Origin: Macrostomum lignano
Taxonomy: Eukaryota
Length of the DNA: 21,353 nt
Reading direction: 5' to 3'
Assembly: GCA_002269645.1 (NCBI GenBank)
Contig: NIVC01002337.1
Span: forward strand, 1 to 21,353
Position 1 is the stretch's first letter; every line of letters begins with the position of its first letter. Shown here one piece after another: positions 9,601 to 17,800 of this stretch. The translations under genes were made by a program, and so were the position numbers. Below the pieces are notes generated by a model. The model searched no databases and was not told where the DNA came from. It saw only the letters and a program-made list of their open reading frames with translations.

Positions 9601-11347
9601 GGAAATTGGGCTGGCCTCGCTCGGGGCCACGGACCAGGAGATTGAGCGGCTTGCCACGGTAAGCTGGGGATAAAGCTTGAATAACTGACTGGTTTAGCAA
9701 GGGACCACGAAAGAATGGCCTCGCAAACACTTTGAGTTAAAGAAAATTGGGAGCCCAATGCCCCAAACTTCCCAAGCACCCTAAGTCCCCAAACTCCCGA
9801 CCCGAAACTACAAAAACCCGCAGCCCCAAACCCCACAACCTCAAACCCACACTGAACCCCAGCAATACGCTCGTAGATAAGCAGTGGGCACAGCACTCCA
9901 AGCCAAACTCTCACCCGTCCCCGCCGCCCAGCTGTACTGGTTCACGGTGGAGTTCGGACTCTGCAAAGAGGCCGGCCAGGTGAAAGCCTACGGCGCAGGG
10001 CTGCTGTCCGCCTACGGCGAGTTGCGTCACGCGCTGTCTCAGACGCCGGAGCACAGGCGGTTCGAGCCCAACTCCACCTCTGTGACGCCGTACACCGACG
10101 AGGACTATCAGCCCGTGTACTTCGTCACTGAGTCCTTCGACAGCATGAAGGCTGAGTTTCGGTGAGATTCGAAGTATGAGATTAGAGACAGAATCAAAGG
10201 ATGAGATTAGAGACACAGAATCAAAGTATGAGATTAGAGACAGATAATCGAAGTATGAGATTAGAGACAGAATCAAAGGATGAGATTAGAGACACAGAAT
10301 CAAAGTATGAGATTAGAGACAGAGAATCAAAGGATGCGATTAGAGATAGAGAATCAAAGTATGAGATTAGAGACAGAGAATCAAAGGATGAGATTAGAGA
10401 TAGAGAATCAAAGGATGCGATTAGAGATAAAGAAACAAAGGATGCGATTAGAGATAAAGAAACAAAGGATGAGATTAGAGATAGAGAATCAAAGTATGAG
10501 ATTAGAGACAGAGAATCAAAGTATGAGATTAGAGACAGATAATCGAAGTATGAGATTAGAGACAGAATCAAAGGATGAGATTAGAGACACAGAATCAAAG
10601 GATGGGATTAGGGATACAGAATCAAAGGATGGGATTAGAGATAGAGAATCAAAGGATGGGATTAGAGATAGAGAATCAAAGGATGGGATTAGAGATAGAG
10701 AATCAAAGGATGGGATTAGAGATAGAGAATCAAAGGATGGGATTAGAGATAGGGAATCAAAGGTGGGATTAGAGATAGAGAATCAAAGGTGGGATTAGAG
10801 ATAGAGAATCAAAGGATGGGATTAGAGATAGAGAATCAAAGGTGGGATTAGAGATAGGGAATCAAAGGTGGGATTAGAGATAAAGAATCAAAGGATGGGA
10901 TTAGAGATAGAGAATCAAAGGATGGGATTAGAGATAGGGAATCAAAGGTGGGATTAGAGATAGGGAATCAAAGGTGGGATTAGAGATAGGGAATCAAAGG
11001 TGGGATTAGAGATAGAGAATCAAAGGATGGGATTAGAGATAGAGAATCAAAGGATGGGATTAGAGATAGAGAATCAAAGGATGGGATTAGAGATAGAGAA
11101 TCAAAGGATGAGATTAGAGACAGAGAATCAAAGGATGAGATTAGAGATAGAGAATTAAAGGCTAGAGCTCAAACCGAATTCCCGCAGTAACTACGTCAAA
11201 GCGATGAAGAAGAGTTTCGTGGCCCGCTTCGATCCGTACACTCAGCGCATCCAGACTCTGGACAACAAGGAGGCCCTGACGGCCACCTGCAGCAGTCTGC
11301 AGCGGGATCTGGACCGGCTACAGCTGGCGCTGAACGAGTTCCTTTGA
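3499..11347 (+). CDS. TH: Tyrosine hydroxylase (tyrosine 3-monooxygenase), 11 coding exons, 499 aa
   Basis: join(3499..3612,3923..4129,5404..5575,7380..7468,7547..7614,7719..7769,8314..8459,8559..8694,9532..9658,9932..10161,11188..11347) = 1500 nt, all GT-AG and phase-consistent. TH-type motifs: [72 protein letters not shown] (His rather than the Tyr of PAH/TPH), iron ligands HEIIGH and [14 protein letters not shown] (Asp at the rat D425 position). Confidence 0.96.
3672..3862. repeat. Minisatellite, 21 bp unit (AACTACTCCAGGTATCCCATA), ~8-9 copies, TH intron 1
   Basis: Unit read directly. Confidence 0.93.
3923..4129 (+). CDS. TH: TH exon 2 (PKA-site region, start of ACT domain)
   Basis: TTCTAG|[18 protein letters not shown]...RELLRQTE|GTGAGT, 207 nt, phase 0/0. 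Confidence 0.88.
4168..4847. repeat. Minisatellite, 14 bp unit (TAGACCAGATCTCA); homogeneous 4381-4830 with degenerate flanks, TH intron 2
   Basis: Unit read directly. Confidence 0.96.
5404..5575 (+). CDS. TH: TH exon 3 (ACT regulatory domain)
   Basis: CCTGACCCCAG|[26 protein letters not shown]...SAKP G|GTGAGC. VHLECR corresponds to TH IHHLETR. Confidence 0.85.
5597..7306. repeat. Minisatellite, 34 bp unit (CTCAGTTCCCTGAGTGCCACTTGCCTCCCATTGT), ~50 copies, TH intron 3
   Basis: Unit read directly. Contains a CTCAG-N4-CTGAG mini-hairpin. Confidence 0.97.
7380..7468 (+). CDS. TH: TH exon 4
   Basis: [30 protein letters not shown]|GTAAGT, 89 nt. Confidence 0.95.
7547..7614 (+). CDS. TH: TH exon 5
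   Basis: [23 protein letters not shown]|GTAAGG, 68 nt. Confidence 0.95.
7719..7769 (+). CDS. TH: TH exon 6
   Basis: [17 protein letters not shown]|GTATGC, 51 nt. Confidence 0.95.
7819..8264. repeat. Minisatellite, 29 bp unit (CTGGTCACTCTCCTTTTCGGGTCTTAAGG), ~15 copies, TH intron 6
   Basis: Unit read directly. Confidence 0.96.
8314..8459 (+). CDS. TH: TH exon 7
   Basis: CCCTAACGCAG|[48 protein letters not shown]|GTAAGT, 146 nt. Confidence 0.95.
8559..8694 (+). CDS. TH: TH exon 8
   Basis: [45 protein letters not shown]|GTGAGT, 136 nt. Confidence 0.97.
8700..9466. repeat. Purine-rich minisatellite, ~35 bp unit (GTGTACATTTGGGGGAGAGGYGAGGAAGGARGGTTA), TH intron 8
   Basis: Unit read directly. 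Internal (GGAA)n expansion near 8985-9050. Confidence 0.94.
9532..9658 (+). CDS. TH: TH exon 9 (two iron-binding His)
   Basis: [42 protein letters not shown]|GTAAGC, 127 nt. Confidence 0.97.
9932..10161 (+). CDS. TH: TH exon 10 (iron-binding Glu)
   Basis: [31 protein letters not shown]...[25 protein letters not shown]|GTGAGA, 230 nt. Confidence 0.97.
10167..11160. repeat. Purine-rich minisatellite, 25-27 bp unit (AGAGAATCAAAGGATGGGATTAGAGAT), TH intron 10
   Basis: Unit read directly. GAG variants at 5' end grade into GGG variants. Confidence 0.96.
11188..11347 (+). CDS. TH: TH exon 11 (tetramerisation helix, stop)
   Basis: [52 protein letters not shown], 160 nt. Confidence 0.95.
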
Positions 11348-11552
11348 GCTCTGATTTTGGCCATTGATGAACTCTAGTAGTACAGCTAAGTAGTATAGCT
11401 TACTCAAGCTAAAGAGGATTAATCAAGGACTACTCCAGTACAAGGATGAAAAACTTTTTGTTTCTTAGAAAAGTTTCGAAGGCCGAATTCGAGCGGAAAG
11501 TACGCTAACCGAGATACGAAGCAACTGAGTGAAAAAATAACCTATTATATTT

Positions 11553-11558
11553 AATAAA
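11553..11558 (+). terminator. Candidate polyadenylation signal of TH
   Basis: AATAAA about 200 nt after the TH stop in AT-rich sequence. Confidence 0.45.
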
Positions 11559-12390
11559 TAATATTTCATTAGATAAGTGAAAACAATGTATAGTATAGCT
11601 CGTAATTTTATTTTCTTAGTTTATTAGTATAGCCTTTTATTTTTTTCTAAGAAACCTTGTGATTCATCAAGATAATTGCAACGACAATAGCATTGTAGAC
11701 CCTAAATTTTACTCAAAATAGACTACTCTATCCTACTTTTAGTAGCTTAAGTAGCATAATTTAGGATGAATTGGAATTCGTCAAGAAAAATGGATATTAT
11801 TGTACAATTATCGAGTGCAGGTGTTAGATATGCAATGCATCCTGCAGTGCATGATGAATTGTCATTTAAATTTAGACACCGCATCGATAACCTACTTACA
11901 CGAAGAGCCATTACGAGTAGAGTATTAAGTGTTTTTTCTCTTTATCAACTAGCAAGCCTCACTGTTCTAAAACGTACCGTTTTCCTCAAATTGCTTTAGC
12001 AACTCGCAGCTACATTTAGCCAATGCTAATTACTGAAATATTTATTAACCCTAGCAGCAACTGTTGCACATGCGATATTCAATTTAGCTACATGATCTAG
12101 TGCATTAGGAGACCCAGCATTCGCACTCAGCACCATTCACTACATATATATTATTTTATCCTGCAGATAATTATTGATACTATATAACAAGTTAGCTAGT
12201 TCGATCTACAATAATAAATAATTTAGAATATCTATCTCTCTGATGTAGTTTTTGCTATGTAGCACATCCTTAAAAACATGACTCATCGTATTCGTTTGAA
12301 TTTTACACTGGATGTGTGAGGGCCTATGCTATATATACTGCTGTTAGTAGGGCTCATCAAATCGCGATCCTCTTGGTGCCTGTGACAATT

Positions 12391-13312
12391 GGCGTGTGAC
12401 AGTGCTTGAGCACTCAATACTGATAGCTGCTGTGAGAACTGGTGTGTGACAGTGCTTGAGCACTCAATACTGATAGCTGCTGTGAGAACTGGTGTGTGAC
12501 AGTGCTTGAGCACTCAATACTGATAGCTGCTGTGAGAACTGGCGTGTGACAGTGCTTGAGCACTCAATACTGATAGCTGCTGTGAGAACTGGTGTGTGAC
12601 AGTGCTTGAGCACTCAATACTGATAGCTGCTGTGAGAACTGGCGTGTGACAGTGCTTGAGCACTCAATACTGATAGCTGCTGTGAGAACTGGTGTGTGAC
12701 AGTGCTTGAGCACTCAATACTGATAGCTGGTGTGAGAACTGGTGTGTGACAGTGCTTGAGCACTCAATACTGATAGCTGCTGTGAGAACTGGTGTGTGAC
12801 AGTGCTTGAGCACTCAATACTGATAGCTGCTGTGAGAACTGGCGTGTGACAGTGCTTGAGCACTCAATACTGATAGCTGGTGTGTGACAGTGCTTGAGCA
12901 CTCAATACTGATAGCTGCTGTGAGAACTGGTGTGTGACAGTGCTTGAGCACTCAATACTGATAGCTGGTGTGAGAACTGGTGTGTGACAGTGCTTGAGCA
13001 CTCAATACTGATAGCTGCTGTGAGAACTGGTGTGTGACAGTGCTTGAGCACTCAATACTGATAGCTGCTGTGAGAACTGGCGTGTGACAGTGCTTGAGCA
13101 CTCAATACTGATAGCTGGTGTGTGACAGTGCTTGAGCACTCAATACTGATAGCTGCTGTGAGAACTGGTGTGTGACAGTGCTTGAGCACTCAATACTGAT
13201 AGCTGGTGTGAGAACTGGTGTGTGACAGTGCTTGAGCACTCAATACTGATAGCTGCTGTGAGAACTGGTGTGTGACAGTGCTTGAGCACTCAATACTGAG
13301 AGCTGCTGTGAG
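12391..13312. repeat. Minisatellite, 50 bp unit (GTGTGACAGTGCTTGAGCACTCAATACTGATAGCTGCTGTGAGAACTGGT), ~18-19 copies, intergenic
   Basis: Unit read directly. Two 38-bp deleted units lie 238 bp apart. Confidence 0.97.
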
Positions 13313-13857
13313 AGCATCTTGTCATTAAAAAAGAAATAGAAGCGATGCCAACCGGTCTGCAAGAGCGGTAATGATTGACTGAGCAGAGTGGCTGCTCCGT
13401 GAAACTCCCAAAACCAAAACTGAAGTGTGCAGCTCATGTACGCGACCTCAATTCCATAATTTCTTGTACTAGCAAAAGTATTCAATTAAAAGCGCAAACA
13501 AAGTCAAGCATATCTCCAGCTAATTGTACTTTTTATTGATAAAACAAACGCCAAAGTAAAATCATAGATCATTTGGATGAAAAATTGCAACATTGCAGAG
13601 AGGAATCTAGACTAATAAATCAATGTACGACTTCATCTATCAGAGTACAATACGACAAATATCACCTCATGGCGAAGTTAAGACGCAACCCAACTAGCCT
13701 ATTGATTTACAAGGAGATTTGGAGAAAAATATGATTCTAAATACAAGTAATTATATGATTGACAAGCCGAACTCATTTTATTAATTTTTGATAAATCAGG
13801 AAACCTTCTATGTAACTTTTGTTGCTAGAATAGTGCTTAAAGGGGCTCGGGGTATGT

Positions 13858-14561
13858 AGTTGCTGAGATGCCATGGCTCACAATGGGGGAGCTGCTGAGA
13901 TGCCATGGCTCACAATGGGGGAGTTGCTGAGATGCCATGGCTCACAATGGGGCAGTTGCTGAGATGCCATGGCTCACAATGGGGGAGCTGCTGAGATGCC
14001 ATGGCTCACAATGGGGGAGTTGCTGAGATGCCATGGCTCACAATGGGGGAGTTGCTGAGATGCCATGGCTCACAATGGGGGAGCTGCTGAGATGCCATGG
14101 CTCACAATGGGGGAGTTGCTGAGATGCCATGGCTCACAATGGGGCAGTTGCTGAGATGCCATGGCTCACAATGGGGGAGCTGCTGAGATGCCATGGCTCA
14201 CAATGGGGGAGTTGCTGAGATGCCATGGCTCACAATGGGGGAGTTGCTGAGATGCCATGGCTCACAATGGGGGAGTTGCTGAGATGCCATGGCTCACAAT
14301 GGGGAGTTGCTGAGATGCCATGGCTCACAATGGGGTAGTTGCTGAGATGCCATGGCTCACAATGGGGCAGTTGCTGAGATGCCATGGCTCACAATGGGGA
14401 GTTGCTGAGATGCCATGGCTCACAATGGGGTAGTTGCTGAGATGCCATGGCTCACAATGGGGCAGTTGCTGAGATGCCATGGCTCACAATGGGGAGCTGC
14501 TGAGATGCCATGGCTCACAATGGGGTAGTTGCTGAGATGCCATGGCTCACAATGGGAGTTG
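13858..14561. repeat. Minisatellite, 31-32 bp unit (TGCTGAGATGCCATGGCTCACAATGGGGGAGY), ~22 copies, downstream of the IBTK stop
   Basis: Unit read directly. Confidence 0.97.
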
Positions 14562-14720
14562 CATCCCTTTATCCTGTTATTAAGATGGCTAGTTCAGCTA
14601 CAAACCAAAAGATTCTGAAAGATAAGGGGCTGCAGCAGCATAGGAAAAAACAACCCGACAACCTACACAGCATTGAAGGTTCCGCTGCTCTCAAAACACA
14701 CACAGAAAAAATGAATAATT

Positions 14721-14873
14721 TCAGCAAGCATTTTTATTATTTTGCACAACTGGCCACAGCGGCTGGGCGCAGGCCTCTGTGCAATAGTCCACCGTGATTC
14801 TGCATTCATAGCGGCTGGCTGAGTCCTCGCTTAGGTAGAGCTGCTTCAGCTGGAGCATCGCCGCCTCCTCGAT
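14721..14873 (-). CDS. IBTK: IBTK terminal coding exon
   Basis: TGTGTCAG|IEEAAMLQLKQLYLSEDSASRYECRITVDYCTEACAQPLWPVVQNNKNAC*, 153 nt, phase 0. Matches the IBTK C-terminal IEE.A...L..FY...P.W motif. Confidence 0.85.
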   Translation of the reverse strand: MEEAAMLQLKQLYLSEDSASRYECRITVDYCTEACAQPLWPVVQNNKNAC

Positions 14874-17800
14874 CTGACACAGGTGACAACTGGTTAATCT
14901 GTACGGTCTGACTGAGCTGATAAGGGCACTGACTGACAGAGTGACTAGAATGTGGACAATGACCAGCCCGAGTGACTAATGGGAACAATGACAAAAACGA
15001 GTGACTAGAATGGGGCCAATGACCAACCCGAGCGACTAGAGTAGGAACAATGACCAACCCGAGTGACAAGAATGGGAACAATGACCAACCCGAGTGACTA
15101 GAATGGGGCCAATGACCAACCGAGTGACTAGAATGGGGCCAATGACCAACCCGAGTGACAAGAATGGGAACAATGACCAACCCGAGTGACTAGAATGGGG
15201 CCAATGACCAACCCGAGTGACAAGAATGGGAACAATGAACAACCCGAGTGACTAGAATGGGGCCAATGACCAACTCGAGTGACTAGAATGGGAACAATGA
15301 CCAACCCGAGTGACAAGAATGGGAACAATGACCAACCCGAGTGACTAGAATGGGGCCAATGACCAACCGAGTGACTAGAATGGGGCCAAGTACCAACCCG
15401 AGTGACTAGAATGGGGCCAATGACCAACCGAGTGCCTAGAATGGGGCCAATGACCAACCCGAGCGACTAGAGTAGGGACAATGACCAACCTGAGTGACAA
15501 GAATGGGAACAATGACCAACCCGAGTGACAAGAATGGGGCCAATGACCAACCGAGTTACAAGAATGGGGCCAAGTACCAACCCGAGTGACTAGAATGGGG
15601 CCAATGACCAACCGAGTGCCTAGAATGGGGTTAATGACCAACCCGAGTGACTAGAGTAGGAACAATGACCAACCCGAGCGACTAGAGTAGGAACAATGAC
15701 CAACCCGAGTGACTACAATGGGAACAATGACCAACCCGAGTGACAAGAATGGGGCCAATGACCAACCGAGTTACAAGAATGGGGCCAAGTACCAACCCGA
15801 GTGACTAGAATGGGGCCAAGTACCAACCCGAGTGACTAGAATGGGGCCAATGACCAACCGAGTGACTAGAATGAGGCCAATGACCAACCGAGTGACTAGA
15901 ATGAGGCCAATGACCAACCGAGTGACTAGAATGGGGCCAATGACCAACCGAGTGACTAGAATGGGGCCAATGACCAACCGAGTGACTAGAATGGGGCCAA
16001 TGACCAACCGAGTGACTAGAATGGGGCCAATGACCAACCGAGTGACTAGAATGGGGCCAATGACCAACCGAGTGACTAGAATGGGGCCAATGACCAACCG
16101 AGTGACTAGAATGGGGCCAATGACCAACCGAGTGACTAGAATGGGGCCAATGACCAACCGAGTGACTAGAATGGGGCCAATGACCAACCGAGTGACTAGA
16201 ATGGTCCATGCCGACTCACCTGAATAAGATGTAGCGGCTTCGTCAGCCGCCGTTTCAGCACCGCCTGCTCAGCCTCGGCAGACGCCACGATGACTTTGAA
16301 ATTGGAGGAATTGAAGGACGAATCGCCAGAAATCAACGGCGAAGAGTCTGTTGGCGTCGGCGGAGAAGCTGTCGTCGGCGTCGGTGGTGTCGGCAGCGGC
16401 TTCCAGGCTTTGCGCGGCGGCGTCGAAGCGGTGGCTGGCTGCCGCTGCTCGTCCTCGGCCGTCGGCGGAGCGGCGGATGACATCGACAGAGATTTGCGCT
16501 GGCGCTGCGACTGACGCTTGAACGCCGGCATGCGGGCGGCTGCCGACGGCGCCGGGTTCGAGCTCGAATCTGAGTTCGACTGAGTCTGTTCGGCCATGAT
16601 TTCCGACAGCGACGGCCGGTCAGTGATAACTCGGTCGGCCGCTGATTCCTCGGTTGGCAATTCCGACAAGTTAGCGTCGCCAATGCTGGATTGCTGCTGC
16701 TGATGACTGGACTGTGACTGGGACTGGGACTGTGACTGGGACTGGGACTTGCGTTGTCGCTGCGACTGTCGCTTAAATGTCGGCAGACGGACGGCCTGTT
16801 GCGGCTCTGGCGGCGTCGGTGGCGGCGACGTGGCCGACAGCAGCTTGGCTGCGTAGCTGCCGACCGCACTGGCAGGTGCTGTCAACCGTTGCCGCTCGCG
16901 CCGTCCTCCTCCTCGACCTCCTTCACCGACTCGCTGGCTACTGGCAGCAGCAGGTTCAGCTCGGGACATTTCTCCAGCGACACCGAGGCGCTGCTGCTGC
17001 TGCCCCGACTTCGACGCCGCTTTGTCGATGCTGCCGCCGTTGCCGACGCTGCAGGCGAATTTTCCGACGCGGCTTCTCCAACGATTCCAGCAGCAGCAAT
17101 GGACGGCGCTGGCGGAATCGGCAGCGGCAGCTCGTCCGACGATATTCCGGCCAGCCAGCCGGGCAGCAGCTCGACGATACTGCGGCCGCAGTCGATCGGT
17201 TGGAACCGCCGGCCGGCTGGGCGGAGGCGACCGCGCAGATCCTGGCCAAGCCGGCCAAGCAGACCGGCCGGCAGTCCGGCCAGGCAGTGTCCGGCCGATT
17301 CCAGCATGGCCGGCAGATTGTTGGCCGCGAATTGGACGCAGGCGGCCAGCAGTCTGTCCGCATTGCGACTGTCGGCCAGGACAGCGAGGCCGGCGAAGCT
17401 GCGCAGGTGAAGCCGCTGGGCGAGTTCGGCCTCGCAGGCCAGCCGAAGGCCGGGCAGTTGAAGATAGTCGGCGGCGTCCAGCAGGTCGGGCGCGAGGTCC
17501 TGGTTCGGGCTGAGCACCAGGCGGACATCGGCGGTGTACAAGTAGGCCAAGATGGCGGACAGGAGGCTGGACGGGTAGGGCAGGCTCAGACAGGCCGTAG
17601 TCGCCTCCCGCCAGCCGCCGTAGTGCCGGGCCATCAGCATGGCCGTGAAGTAGTCGGACCGGGCCGACAGCAGAGCGGAGTGGCAGGCCCAGCTGCTGTT
17701 GCTGCTGCTGACGTCCGGCCGGTCTGACAGCGGCGCCGACTCGATGGTGAGGTCGACAAAGTGACCGGCGCCGTCGGGATTGCAGCGGTCCACGGCTAGG

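Noticed and set aside
10201-10798. Repetitive ORFs MRLETQNQS / IRDRESK, and similar ORFs at 15771-16227 and 19652-20366
   Set aside because: Units of 21, 27 or 30 bp are multiples of 3 and give open frames automatically. All lie inside defined introns.
3499-11347. Phenylalanine or tryptophan hydroxylase identity
   Set aside because: [28 protein letters not shown], the D425-equivalent Asp and the RRxSLIxDA N-terminal motif are TH-type.
11766-12100. Small AT-rich gene in the TH-IBTK intergenic region (77-aa plus ORF; short minus-strand open stretches with a GTAAGT...TGCAG segment)
   Set aside because: No recognisable homology, no consistent multi-exon frame, and composition unlike the other exons.
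12391-13312. CRISPR-like array (palindromic repeats of regular period)
   Set aside because: Units are head-to-tail with no unique spacers, there are no cas genes, and the context is spliced eukaryotic genes. The same applies to all other arrays.
16869-16930. Programmed -1 ribosomal frameshift in IBTK
   Set aside because: No X XXY YYZ slippery heptamer is visible before the TGA. An indel error or short intron is simpler.
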